DNA of 64,000 nt. Source: Acidimicrobiales bacterium. Its GTDB lineage: Bacteria; Actinomycetota; Acidimicrobiia; Acidimicrobiales; Aldehydirespiratoraceae. The notes under the pieces are model-generated. The model saw only the letters and a list, made by a program, of their open reading frames with translations. It made no database searches and had not been told where the DNA came from. The translations under genes were made by a program, and so were the position numbers. The DNA is taken from contig JAJCXX010000025.1 of NCBI GenBank assembly GCA_029263195.1, forward strand, positions 31,540-95,539. The letters are read 5' to 3'. This document shows positions 19,537-28,701 of the stretch, in pieces; position 1 is the first letter of the stretch, and each line of letters opens with the position of its first letter.

Positions 19537-19808
19537 GCCCGGGTGGTGGCGACGACCTGATCGAGGTCAAGGTATCGGCCCATTCCAAGCAGGCCAAGGT
19601 CCGACTCGATGGCGACGTAGTGCGTGTCTGGGTCGTCGAAGCAGCTGAGCGAGGTAAGGCGAACAGTGCGGTCGAAGGCGCCATAGCCGACGCTCTGGGA
19701 CTGCGAGGGCGCGAGGTGAGGATCGTGTCCGGCGCCAAGTCGAGGCGGAAGTTTGTGTCGGTCGAAGGTATGGACCCGACTCAGATCCGCTCACGTCTTT
19801 TGGATTGA
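19533..19808 (+). CDS. DUF167 (YggU) family protein
   Basis: 91 aa. IEVKVSAHSKQAKV...VWVVEAAERGKANSAV...LGLRGREVRIVSGAKSRRKFV matches the YggU-like pattern. TTGA overlap with divIVA. Confidence 0.7.
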   Translation: MSPGGGDDLIEVKVSAHSKQAKVRLDGDVVRVWVVEAAERGKANSAVEGAIADALGLRGREVRIVSGAKSRRKFVSVEGMDPTQIRSRLLD

Positions 19809-19904
19809 CGCTCTTCGATGCGTCGGATCGGTCGAGCATCGGTCTACAATCCCTGCTTCCACGGGGCGATCGCTTCGGTAGATGGCACGGAAGGCAGCGG
19901 TTTC

Positions 19905-20570
19905 ATGGCCACAGCAAAGAAGTCGGCTACCAAGAAGACCGTCGCGAAAAAGACACCGGCGAAGAAGTCGTCAGCCAAGAAATCGGTTGCGAAGAAGCCG
20001 GTCACGAAGAAGCCGGTCACGAAGAAGGCTCCTGTGAAGAAGACTGCCGCGAAGAAGGCAGCAACGAAGCGCCCAGTGGCCAAGATATCAGTCGCGAAGA
20101 AGTCGGCAGTAAAGAAGGCCTCGGCAAAGAAGCCCCCTGTCGAGAAGAGGTCCGCGGCGAAGAAGGTTGCCAAGAAGAAGGGCCGGGCCAAGAGCCCGTT
20201 GGGCCAGAAGTTCATAGACAAGATGAAGGACCGCCTCTTCGAAGAGCGCGGGAAGTACCTGCAGACTTCCGAGGACATGAAGGCCGAAGCCGATTCGTTG
20301 TTCGCCGACCGCGAGCCGGGCGACGTCCAATTCGACGAGGAGTCAGGCGAAGGCGACACCCTGGCCGTGGAACGCGAGCGAGGGTTGGCATTGTCGGCCC
20401 AAGCCCAGTCGGCCGTGCAACAGATCGACGACGCCCTCGCCAGAATCGCCGCCGGAACCTACGGACTCTGTGTGACCTCGGGACTGCCGATTCCCAAGGA
20501 ACGCCTCGACGCGATCCCGTGGGCGTCCGAGCGGGTGGAGGTCAAGGTCGGTGGATTGTCTCGTCGCTGA
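19905..20570 (+). CDS. Lys/Ala-rich (histone H1-like) N-terminal domain fused to a DksA/TraR-like C-terminal domain
   Basis: ATG 19905 follows GGAAGG. Residues 1-100 are KKxxAKK-type repeats. The C-terminus has a DksA-like coiled coil and a zinc-finger region, GTYGLCVTSGLPIPKERLDAIPWASERVEV, that retains only one Cys. Lies upstream of lspA. Confidence 0.7.
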   Translation: MATAKKSATKKTVAKKTPAKKSSAKKSVAKKPVTKKPVTKKAPVKKTAAKKAATKRPVAKISVAKKSAVKKASAKKPPVEKRSAAKKVAKKKGRAKSPLGQKFIDKMKDRLFEERGKYLQTSEDMKAEADSLFADREPGDVQFDEESGEGDTLAVERERGLALSAQAQSAVQQIDDALARIAAGTYGLCVTSGLPIPKERLDAIPWASERVEVKVGGLSRR

Positions 20571-21066
20571 GCCTCGGGCTGAGGGGTTCGCTCAGCGCGT
20601 CCCGCAGAGTCGAAGAGTCGCAATAGCGGCCGCTGTCGCGAGTGCCGTCCTGATCGTCGATCAAGTCACCAAGACCTGGGCCCAATCCGATCTGGCCGAC
20701 GGCCGACTCAACGATGTGTTCGGTCCCTTGCATTTCCGTCTCGTTCACAACTCTGGATCCGCTTTCGGCATCGGCGACGGGCTAGGGCCGTTGATCGCTG
20801 TGGTGGCAGTGGTGGCCACGATCGGCCTTCTCTGGTACTCGAGAAGGATCGCGTCGAGCCCGTGCTTGGTCGCTTTGGGCACCATCACCGGCGGGGCACT
20901 TGGGAATTTCGTCGACCGAGCATTTCGGAATGAGCCGGGATTCCTGTCCGGTGCCGTCGTCGACTTCATCGACCTCACATGGTGGCCGGTCTTCAACATC
21001 GCCGACATGGCAATCACGGTCGGAGGAGTGGCCTTCGTGTTGCTGGCCTCGAGGACAGCCAGTTGA
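20551..21066 (+). CDS. lspA: lipoprotein signal peptidase II LspA
   Basis: VDQVTKTWA, NSGSAFG and FNIADMAITVG motifs with 4 TM segments. GTG start overlaps the upstream gene by 20 nt. Confidence 0.85.
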   Translation: MDCLVAEPRAEGFAQRVPQSRRVAIAAAVASAVLIVDQVTKTWAQSDLADGRLNDVFGPLHFRLVHNSGSAFGIGDGLGPLIAVVAVVATIGLLWYSRRIASSPCLVALGTITGGALGNFVDRAFRNEPGFLSGAVVDFIDLTWWPVFNIADMAITVGGVAFVLLASRTAS

Positions 21067-21983
21067 GTCGCACCCTGACCGAACTGGTTCCCGAAGGTCT
21101 GTCGGGTGAACGGGTGGATCGCATCGTGGCCATGCTGGCCGATGTGAGCAGATCGGTGGCCTCTCGCCTGGTCGAACAGGGAGCGGTGACATTGAACAAC
21201 AAGGTGGTGGACTCAGGCTCCGCCCGTGTGAGCCCCGGCGAGACGATCGTGATCAATCTGCCCGACCTGGCTGATCCGTCGCCGCTGGGCGACGACAGCG
21301 TCGAGTTTGGTGTCGTCCACGAAGACAATCACGTGGTGGTGGTCGACAAGCCGGCGTGGTTGGTGGTGCATCCCGGAGCGGGCAACCCGGACTCGACACT
21401 CGTCAACGGGATTCTGGCTCGTTATCCCGAGGTTGCAGCGGTGGGCGAGCCTCACCGGCCGGGGATCGTTCACCGACTCGATCGCGGAACGTCGGGGTTG
21501 TTGGTAGTGGCGCGAACCGCCGAGGCCTACGCCGGCCTTGTGGAGCAGTTGAGCCTCCACGAACCCGAACGGATCTACACGGTGCTCGTGTGGGGGCACC
21601 TCGACACGCCAGAGGGTGTGATCGACGCACCAATCGGTAGGTCCACCCGCCATCCCACACGGATGACGGTGGTTCAAGGGGGACGTCCCGCTCTCACCAG
21701 GTATTCGGTCGATCGAACCTTCGATGAGCCGCTCCCCACCACGCTCGTCACATGTCGGCTCGAGACCGGTCGAACCCACCAGATTCGAGTTCACCTCAGC
21801 GCCATTGGTCATCCAGTGGTGGGTGATCGCGACTACCGCGGCGGTCGTCCCGGCATCGACCCGGGACGTCCGTTTCTGCATGCACGCAGTCTCACGTTTC
21901 GTCATCCGATCGGTGGCGAGACAGTGGAGGCGCATTCTCCGCTACCCGACGACCTGACCGAGGTCCTGGACTCTCTCGGTTGA
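21063..21983 (+). CDS. rluD: RluA-family 23S rRNA pseudouridine synthase (RluD-like)
   Basis: S4-like N-terminus (ERVDRIVA), catalytic HRLDRGTSGLLVVA and TGRTHQIRVH. TTG 21063 forms a TTGA overlap with lspA. The ORF track start at 20979 would overlap lspA by 88 nt. Confidence 0.85.
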   Translation: MSRTLTELVPEGLSGERVDRIVAMLADVSRSVASRLVEQGAVTLNNKVVDSGSARVSPGETIVINLPDLADPSPLGDDSVEFGVVHEDNHVVVVDKPAWLVVHPGAGNPDSTLVNGILARYPEVAAVGEPHRPGIVHRLDRGTSGLLVVARTAEAYAGLVEQLSLHEPERIYTVLVWGHLDTPEGVIDAPIGRSTRHPTRMTVVQGGRPALTRYSVDRTFDEPLPTTLVTCRLETGRTHQIRVHLSAIGHPVVGDRDYRGGRPGIDPGRPFLHARSLTFRHPIGGETVEAHSPLPDDLTEVLDSLG

Positions 21984-22004
21984 GTCGAGATCCGGATGTG
22001 GGAT

Positions 22005-22451
22005 TCAGCTGGGTCCGGGATCGGGCCAGTCGGCGTTGCCTCGGGCCATCACCGCGATCTGTGCGAGAGTGAACGAATCCAGGAACTCCCGCATGTGGGA
22101 TCCAGCCGCTCCCCAGATGGTGAGAAGAACACACTGTCCCTCGTGGTCGCAGGCTCCGTCGGTGTGAGGTTCACCGAAGTCGCCGGCCGTGATGGGGCCG
22201 TCGACCGCACGCACGATCTCCGAGAGCTTGATCTGGTCGGGGTCGCGCGCGAGAACGTAACCACCGCCCACTCCTCTCTTCGAGCGGACGATTCCCGCTC
22301 CTTTGAGAGCAAGCAGGATTTGTTCGAGATATGGCTGGGGAAGAGATGTGCGTTCGGCGATCTCGCGCACCGAGGTTGGTGTCTCCTCGGTGTGGAGGGC
22401 CAGCGAAAGCAGAGCTCTCGCCGCATAATCTCCTCGGGTCGACACCCGCAT
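22005..22451 (-). CDS. Rrf2 family transcriptional regulator
   Basis: MRVSTRGDYAARALLSLA... wHTH, then GIVRSKRGVGGGYVLAR. Only two Cys residues (CDHEGQC). Confidence 0.85.
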   Translation of the reverse strand: MRVSTRGDYAARALLSLALHTEETPTSVREIAERTSLPQPYLEQILLALKGAGIVRSKRGVGGGYVLARDPDQIKLSEIVRAVDGPITAGDFGEPHTDGACDHEGQCVLLTIWGAAGSHMREFLDSFTLAQIAVMARGNADWPDPGPS

Positions 22452-22519
22452 GCGTGCATACTAACCATGCTTCTCCGGTGGGCACGCAATGAGTGTTCGC
22501 CTTCCTCGTGAGGATTCAC

Positions 22520-23623
22520 ATGGATGACCAACACCCGATCGTGCCTCGATTCGGAGCCGACTGCGTCACGGGACTTATCCCGGCTCTGATGGACCCCGAC
22601 GCCCCGCGATTCGACGCGGTGCCGCCCGAGGTCGTCGACGCCCGGTCGGTCGTGGTGATGGTCGTGGATGGTCTCGGCTGGTTGCAGCTTCAGGAACGCC
22701 GCCACCTCGCTCCCACCATTTCAGCGATGTCCGGGGGTGAGGTCACCACAGTCGCCCCGTCGACCACGGCCGCCGCGCTCACGTCGATCGTCACCGGCGC
22801 CGCTCCGGGGCGCCACGGTGTGGTCGGCTACCGGATCGACGTCGACGGCCAGGTACTCAACACACTGCGGTGGTCGACACCACGAGGAGATGCTCGCTCG
22901 TCGATCGTTCCCGAGGACTTCCAGACCGTCGCACCCTTTCTCGGCCAGCGCCCTGTGGTCGTCCAGAACGCGGGTTTCGCCGGCACTGGCTTCACCCGCG
23001 CTCACCTCGCGGAAGTTCGCCACCATGGATGGCGAACCCTGCCCACGCTCTCGGTCGAGGTTCGTCAGGCCGTGGCGGCAGGGGAACCCTTCGTCTACGC
23101 GTACTACGACGGAATCGACAAGATCGCCCACGAGTTCGGATTCGGGGAGCACTACGACGCCGAGTTGGTGGCGGTCGACAACCTGGTGGCCGAGATGATG
23201 ATGGTGTTGCCCCGCGGCACCGCGATCGTGGTCACGGCCGACCATGGTCTCGTCGATTGCAGTGCTGGGGAGGTGTCGGTGGCGACCGATCTCGCTCCGT
23301 TGATCGACCGGCAGTCCGGAGAGGCAAGGTTCAGGTGGCTACATGCCACGGCCGGACGCAGCCGCGAACTTCTCCAAGCCGCATCGGAGGCCCATTTCGA
23401 CACCGCTTGGGTGAGATCGGCTGAGCAGATGATCGACGAAGGCTGGTTCGGTCCCGTCGTCACCGACATCGCGAGGTCGCGGCTGGGTGATGTGGCGTTG
23501 GTTGCCAAGGAGACTCACTGGTTCGCCGACTCCACCGACAGTGGCCGGATCAAGCTGATCGGGCGTCATGGGTCGCTGACCGCCGAGGAGATGTTTGTGC
23601 CGATGCTCAGCTTCGTATCCTGA
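22520..23623 (+). CDS. alkaline phosphatase superfamily (nucleotide pyrophosphatase/phosphodiesterase-like) protein
   Basis: VVDGLGW...PSTTAAALTSIVTGAAPGRHGVVGY and VVTADHG metal-site motifs. ATG 22520 has GAGGA 5 nt upstream. GTG 22493 is the alternative. Confidence 0.7.
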   Translation: MDDQHPIVPRFGADCVTGLIPALMDPDAPRFDAVPPEVVDARSVVVMVVDGLGWLQLQERRHLAPTISAMSGGEVTTVAPSTTAAALTSIVTGAAPGRHGVVGYRIDVDGQVLNTLRWSTPRGDARSSIVPEDFQTVAPFLGQRPVVVQNAGFAGTGFTRAHLAEVRHHGWRTLPTLSVEVRQAVAAGEPFVYAYYDGIDKIAHEFGFGEHYDAELVAVDNLVAEMMMVLPRGTAIVVTADHGLVDCSAGEVSVATDLAPLIDRQSGEARFRWLHATAGRSRELLQAASEAHFDTAWVRSAEQMIDEGWFGPVVTDIARSRLGDVALVAKETHWFADSTDSGRIKLIGRHGSLTAEEMFVPMLSFVS

Positions 23624-23656
23624 CCTCAACCTCGTAGTACCCCGAAAGGACTCCCA

Positions 23657-24223
23657 GTGTCAGATGCCAGTACTCCCGGCCACGACTCCACAACGTCTAG
23701 CCCGTCCAGCGGGGACGACGATTCCGCTGAGGTAACCGCGATAACCGATCGTCCCGAGATCATCGAGGGTGACGCTCCACCGGCCGAGGACGACTCTGTC
23801 GATGAGACGGTCGACCACCCGGCCAAGGTCATGCGAATCGGCTCGATGATGAAGCAGTTGCTCGATGAGGTTCGCTCGGCCACTCTCGACGAGGCCAGTC
23901 GCGGCCGGTTGCGGGAGATCTACGACCAGTCGGTGGGGGAGTTGGGGTCGGCGCTGTCGCCCGACCTGCGCGACGAACTCGGCCGTCTGGTGCTGCCATT
24001 CACCGGATCGGAGGTTCCGTCGGCGCCTGAGCTCCAGATTGCCCAAGCCCAACTGGTGGGATGGCTCGAAGGTCTGGTGCAGGGAATGCAGGCGATGCTG
24101 TTCGCTCAACAGATGGCCGCCCAACAACAGTTGGCAACCATGCGTGGCGCAATCGGGCCCGGACCAGGCGGTGAGCCGGTTACCCATCAGCAAACCGACC
24201 CGGCCCACGGCACCTATCTCTGA
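23657..24223 (+). CDS. bpa: bacterial proteasome activator Bpa (PafE) family protein
   Basis: PAKVMRIGSMMKQLLDEVR and IAQAQLVGWLEGLVQGMQAMLFAQQMAA resemble my memory of M. tuberculosis Rv3780. C-terminal HGTYL compares with GQYL in Mtb. Confidence 0.8.
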   Translation: MSDASTPGHDSTTSSPSSGDDDSAEVTAITDRPEIIEGDAPPAEDDSVDETVDHPAKVMRIGSMMKQLLDEVRSATLDEASRGRLREIYDQSVGELGSALSPDLRDELGRLVLPFTGSEVPSAPELQIAQAQLVGWLEGLVQGMQAMLFAQQMAAQQQLATMRGAIGPGPGGEPVTHQQTDPAHGTYL

Positions 24224-24271
24224 CCACTCTGGGCCAGGGGTGGACAACACCCGCGGCCACCGATATGTTCG

Positions 24272-24311
24272 GAATCACATGCCTGTGATTCGTCCACAGG
24301 ACGTCCACAGG
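24272..24311 (+). promoter_or_regulatory. nested inverted and direct repeats upstream of dnaE
   Basis: GAATCACA-tgcc-TGTGATTC (24272-24291). CCTGTG (24282-24287) is complementary to CACAGG (24295-24300 and 24306-24311). Direct repeat CGTCCACAGG at 24291-24300 and 24302-24311. Confidence 0.3.
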
Positions 24312-24346
24312 GTTGTTCACATCTCAGCGGAGGCCGTGTAATCAAG

Positions 24347-27300
24347 ATGGGAAAATCGTTCACCCATCTTCACGTTCACACCGAGTATTCGATGCTCGAC
24401 GGCGCGTCGCGCCTCGATGAGGTCATCGCCGCGGCGGCGGCCGACGGACAGCCGGCGCTCGGGATCACCGATCACGGAAACATGTACGGGGTCCTCGATT
24501 TCTACCGTGGCTGCCGCGAGGCCGGCATCAAGCCGATCATCGGCACCGAGGCCTACATGGCCCACGACTCGAGATTCGAACGTCCGAATCGTCGTGGCAA
24601 AATGGACGACTCCGGTGGCGACACCGATGGCGGACGAAAGCTCTACTACCACCTGACGCTGCTGGCTGAGTCCAACGTCGGCTACAAGAACCTGATCAAG
24701 CTCTCCAGTCGGGCCTTCATGGAGGGCTATTACTACAAACCCCGCGTCGACTGGGAGATTCTCGCCGAGCACTCCGAGGGGCTCATCGCCACCACCGGTT
24801 GCCTCGGAGGCCACGTCCTGCAGTCGTTGGTGCACGGAGACGAGAAGGGTGCGCTCGAGAAGGCGGCCCGACTCCAGGACATATTCGGACGCGACAACCT
24901 CTTTGTCGAGATCCAGGACCACGGCATCCCCGAGCAGCACCGGACCAATCCGAAGCTGCTCGAGATCTCCCGGAAAATCAACGCACCACTGCTGGCCACC
25001 AACGACAGCCACTACACCCATCGCGACGGTGCGGAGGGGCACGACGCATTGCTGTGCGTGCAGACCGGGTCGTTGCTCAGCGACGCCGACCGGTTCAAGT
25101 TTCACGGAGACGAGCACTATCTGAAGTCGGCAGGGGAGATGAGGCGCCTCTTCTCCGAGGTCGAGTCATCGTGCGACAACTCCCTGTGGATCGCCGAGCG
25201 GGCCGATGTCACCATCGAGTTCGGAAAGCCGCAACTTCCTGAATTCCCACTGCCCGAAGGTTTCGACAACGACCGCGACTACCTGCTCCATCTCACCATG
25301 GAGGGAGCGAAGAAGCGGTGGGGAAACCCCGTACCCGACCACGTCGTCGAGCGCCTCGCTTACGAACTCGACGTGATCAACAACATGGGGTTCGCTTCCT
25401 ACTTCATCATCACCTGGGATCTCATCAAGTACGCACGTGATCGTGATATTCGGGTCGGGCCGGGCCGCGGCTCGGCCGCCGGATGCGCGGTGGCCTATTC
25501 GCTCTGGATCACCGACCTCGACCCGATTCGCTACGACTTGCTCTTCGAGCGTTTCCTCAACCCCTCGCGATTGTCGATGCCCGACATCGACATGGATTTC
25601 GACACCCGCTTCCGCGACGACATGATTCGATACGCGGCCTCTCGCTACGGGCGCGACAACGTTGCTCAGATCGTCACGTTCAGCCAGATAAAGGCGCGCG
25701 CCGCGGTGCGCGACGCCGCCCGGGTGTTGGGCTACCCCTACGCCATGGGCGACAGGGTGGCCAAGGCCATGCCGCCATTGGTGATGGGACGCGACACTCC
25801 GCTGAAATACTGCCTCGAGGAAAGCCCGAAATACCGCGACGGCTATAAAGCGGCTGCCGAACTTCGCGACATGGCCGCCACCGACGCAGATGTGGCGAGG
25901 GTCGTCGACGTGGCTCGAGGCCTCGAGGGATTGAGGCGTCAGGATGGAATCCATGCCGCGGCGGTGGTGATCACCAAGGAACCCCTCACGGAATACATGC
26001 CGATTCAACGCAAGCCTGAATCCGGCAAGGACATCAGCGAAGTGCCGGTCGTGACGCAGTACGAAATGCATGGGGTGGAGAACCTGGGCCTGCTCAAGAT
26101 GGATTTCCTGGGGCTGCGAAACCTTGATGTGATCACCGACTGTCTGGTGATGATCAAGACGACCACCGGGATCGACCTCGACATCGACAACGTTGATCTC
26201 ACCGACGAACCAACCTTCGAGATGCTCAGACGGGGCGAGACGATCGGCGTCTTCCAACTGGAGTCGGGGCCGATGAGGGCCCTGATTCGAGCTCTGGCGC
26301 CCACATCCTTTGACGACGTTGCGGCCCTGGTAGCGCTGTATCGGCCCGGACCGATGAGTGCCAACATGCACTACGACTACGCCGACCGCAAGAACGGCCG
26401 GAAGCCGGTCGAGTTCTTTCATGAGGATGCTCGCGAGATCCTCAGCGACACCTACGGCTTGATGATCTATCAGGAGTCGGTGATGCGGGTCGCGCAGAAG
26501 TTCGCCGGCTACTCGCTGGCGCAAGCCGACTCCCTGCGAAAGGCCTGCGGCAAGAAGGATCGCGAGATCATGGCCGAGGAGCGGGCCGGATTCGTGCAGG
26601 GCTGCGCCGCGGGGAACTACGGAGAGAAGCTGGGCACCGAACTCTTCGACGTGATCGAGAAGTTCGCCGATTACGCCTTCAACAAGAGCCACTCCTTCGG
26701 TTACGGCTACATCGCCTACCAAATCGCCTACCTCAAGGCCAACTATCCGGTCGAGTACCTCGCGGCGCTGCTCACCAGCGTGAAAAGCAAGCTCGAGACT
26801 GCGGCGGTCTACCTCAACGAGTGCCGGATCATGGGCATCGAGGTCGAGGTGCCCGATATCAACCGGTCGGACTCCGACTTCACGCCCGAGCCCGATCGAA
26901 CCACCGGGGCTGATTCGCCGGGGCGGATCGTCTTCGGCTTGTCGGCGGTACGCAACGTCGGCGTCGGCTTCGTTGCTCGCGTCATCAAGGAACGCAATGA
27001 CAACGGTCCGTTCGAGTCGTTCAACGATTTCGTGGAGCGGGTCGATCTGGAGGCACTCAACAAACGAACCATCGAATCGTTGATCAAGGCCGGAGCCTTC
27101 GACTCGCTGGGTCATCCCCGAAAGGGCCTCCTGCAGGTCTTTGAGCACATCGTCGATCTCACGGCCAAGCGCCGGCGCGAGCACGACATGGGGGTCATGT
27201 CGCTGTTCGGCGATCTCGACGAGATCCCGACATTCGAGGAGCGACCGTCGATCCCCGACGTGGAGTTCGACAAGATGCCGAAGCTCGCCCACGAGAAGGA

Positions 27301-27883
27301 AATGCTCGGCCTCTATATCTCTGACCACCCGTTATTGGGCATCGAGGCACTGATTCGACGCAAGGCCGACTGCACGGTCACCGAGATGGCAGACCTTACC
27401 GACGGATCGATTCGTCGGGTCGGTGGAGTCATCACCAACCTTCAACGCAAGTGGACCCGGGCCGGAGAATTGATGGCGGTCTTCGAGCTCGAGGACCTGG
27501 GAGGTTCGGTGGAAGCGATGGTGTTTCCACGAACGATGCAGGAGCACGGCCCCAAACTGGCGGACGATGCCATCGTGCTCATCAGGGGACGCGTCGAGAA
27601 CCGTGATGATCTGCCGAAGCTGTTCGTGCAGGACATCGAGGTCGTCGAGGATCTGAGTGACGCAGCCCCGGTGCGGGTCAAGCTCACTCCAGAGAATCAG
27701 CGGGCCTCCTGTATCGCTGATCTCAAGGCGATTCTGGCAGCCCACCCTGGCGATTCACCGGTTGAACTGCACCTGAGTGAGCAACAGGTGGTACGTCTCC
27801 CAGACGACTACGCGGTCAACAACGCCAACGGTGTGATTGCCGAACTCCGGGTGTTGCTCGGCTCGGATTCCATCCTGATCTGA
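24347..27883 (+). CDS. dnaE: DNA polymerase III alpha subunit DnaE
   Basis: 1178 aa. PHP domain FTHLHVHTEYSMLDG, a polymerase core and a C-terminal OB fold. Confidence 0.98.
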   Translation: MGKSFTHLHVHTEYSMLDGASRLDEVIAAAAADGQPALGITDHGNMYGVLDFYRGCREAGIKPIIGTEAYMAHDSRFERPNRRGKMDDSGGDTDGGRKLYYHLTLLAESNVGYKNLIKLSSRAFMEGYYYKPRVDWEILAEHSEGLIATTGCLGGHVLQSLVHGDEKGALEKAARLQDIFGRDNLFVEIQDHGIPEQHRTNPKLLEISRKINAPLLATNDSHYTHRDGAEGHDALLCVQTGSLLSDADRFKFHGDEHYLKSAGEMRRLFSEVESSCDNSLWIAERADVTIEFGKPQLPEFPLPEGFDNDRDYLLHLTMEGAKKRWGNPVPDHVVERLAYELDVINNMGFASYFIITWDLIKYARDRDIRVGPGRGSAAGCAVAYSLWITDLDPIRYDLLFERFLNPSRLSMPDIDMDFDTRFRDDMIRYAASRYGRDNVAQIVTFSQIKARAAVRDAARVLGYPYAMGDRVAKAMPPLVMGRDTPLKYCLEESPKYRDGYKAAAELRDMAATDADVARVVDVARGLEGLRRQDGIHAAAVVITKEPLTEYMPIQRKPESGKDISEVPVVTQYEMHGVENLGLLKMDFLGLRNLDVITDCLVMIKTTTGIDLDIDNVDLTDEPTFEMLRRGETIGVFQLESGPMRALIRALAPTSFDDVAALVALYRPGPMSANMHYDYADRKNGRKPVEFFHEDAREILSDTYGLMIYQESVMRVAQKFAGYSLAQADSLRKACGKKDREIMAEERAGFVQGCAAGNYGEKLGTELFDVIEKFADYAFNKSHSFGYGYIAYQIAYLKANYPVEYLAALLTSVKSKLETAAVYLNECRIMGIEVEVPDINRSDSDFTPEPDRTTGADSPGRIVFGLSAVRNVGVGFVARVIKERNDNGPFESFNDFVERVDLEALNKRTIESLIKAGAFDSLGHPRKGLLQVFEHIVDLTAKRRREHDMGVMSLFGDLDEIPTFEERPSIPDVEFDKMPKLAHEKEMLGLYISDHPLLGIEALIRRKADCTVTEMADLTDGSIRRVGGVITNLQRKWTRAGELMAVFELEDLGGSVEAMVFPRTMQEHGPKLADDAIVLIRGRVENRDDLPKLFVQDIEVVEDLSDAAPVRVKLTPENQRASCIADLKAILAAHPGDSPVELHLSEQQVVRLPDDYAVNNANGVIAELRVLLGSDSILI

Positions 27884-27995
27884 GCCTTCCGCGTCGGTAC
27901 AACTCACCGTGTTGTCGTATTCCGCGGATGTGAAGTTGCGATTTGGTCACAAAGGCTGTGAACTGTATGGGTCCGTTTCGGTGATTTTGGGGAGC

Positions 27996-28673
27996 ATGGC
28001 TGCAGTGGCGATCGAGGTAGAAACCAGAGACTGCACGAGCCTGACTGATGCAGAGTTGGCCGAAATGGCCGACCTTTGTGCCGGTTCCCCCAACGCCTAC
28101 GAGGTTGGACTGCTCTCGAAGCAGGTCGAGGAATGGGTCCTCGTGGCCGTTGCGACCGAGTCGGGAAAGGTTCGCGGGTTCTCGTATTGCACCCTCGAAC
28201 GAATCGGTGGCACGCCCAGTTTGTTGATCGGAGCGGCCCATACCTGTCGCAATTCCAAGCGCGACACGGTCCTGCGAGCAATGGTCACGGATCAGCTTCG
28301 GCGCTCGGTGTTGGCGTTTCCCGACGAAGACGTCTTGGTCGGCTGCCAACTCAACGATCCCTCCGGGTTCGAGGCCTACAAGACCCTCGACGACGTCGTG
28401 CCCCGCCCCGGCCACAAGGCTTCGGGCGAAGAAAGAGCGTGGGGTCGCCGCTTGGCCAAGCGTTTCGGTATCGGCACAGCCTCCTATGAGGATCGGGCTT
28501 TCACCGTCAGGGGCCACGGCCAGCAGGCCACAGTGCTCGATCACGAGAGCTCCAAGCCCGAGAAGATCCCGGCTGAAGTAGCCGCACAGTTCGACGGACT
28601 CGATGTGGCCGCCGGCGACTCTCTGATCGCGTTCGGCTGGGCCATGGCAGAGGATCTCGAGAAGCTTCTCTGA
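27996..28673 (+). CDS. hypothetical protein (possibly GNAT-like fold)
   Basis: ATG 27996 is preceded by GGGGAG. Coding-like composition. I recognise no diagnostic motif. Confidence 0.5.
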   Translation: MAAVAIEVETRDCTSLTDAELAEMADLCAGSPNAYEVGLLSKQVEEWVLVAVATESGKVRGFSYCTLERIGGTPSLLIGAAHTCRNSKRDTVLRAMVTDQLRRSVLAFPDEDVLVGCQLNDPSGFEAYKTLDDVVPRPGHKASGEERAWGRRLAKRFGIGTASYEDRAFTVRGHGQQATVLDHESSKPEKIPAEVAAQFDGLDVAAGDSLIAFGWAMAEDLEKLL

Positions 28674-28701
28674 TCGGTGCATCCCTCCGGGTCGGGTCAC
28701 C

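Noticed and set aside
19805-20626. Alternative-frame 273-aa ORF across the Lys-rich region
   Set aside because: It is generated by the same AAG-rich repeats read in another frame (E/G/R-rich) and has no domain at its C-terminus. The chosen frame continues into a DksA/TraR-like domain.
22451-22488. Inverted repeat TGCGTGC ... GCACGCA between the Rrf2 gene and the AP-superfamily gene as an Rrf2 operator
   Set aside because: The arms are only 7 bp and are separated by 24 nt. That spacing is atypical for Rrf2 operators, and a match of this size can arise by chance in GC-rich DNA. Not supported well enough to list as a feature.
24224-24346. SOS (LexA) box or RecA-independent damage promoter upstream of dnaE
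   Set aside because: There is no TCGAAC-N4-GTTCGA-like palindrome and no TGTCGGTG-N8-TAnnnT match by eye. The repeats present are of a different sequence.
25166-27328. 720-aa minus-strand ORF antisense to dnaE
   Set aside because: This is a typical high-GC shadow ORF. Its composition is R/G/V/D/H/L-rich with no recognisable motif. The plus-strand frame encodes an unambiguous full-length DnaE.
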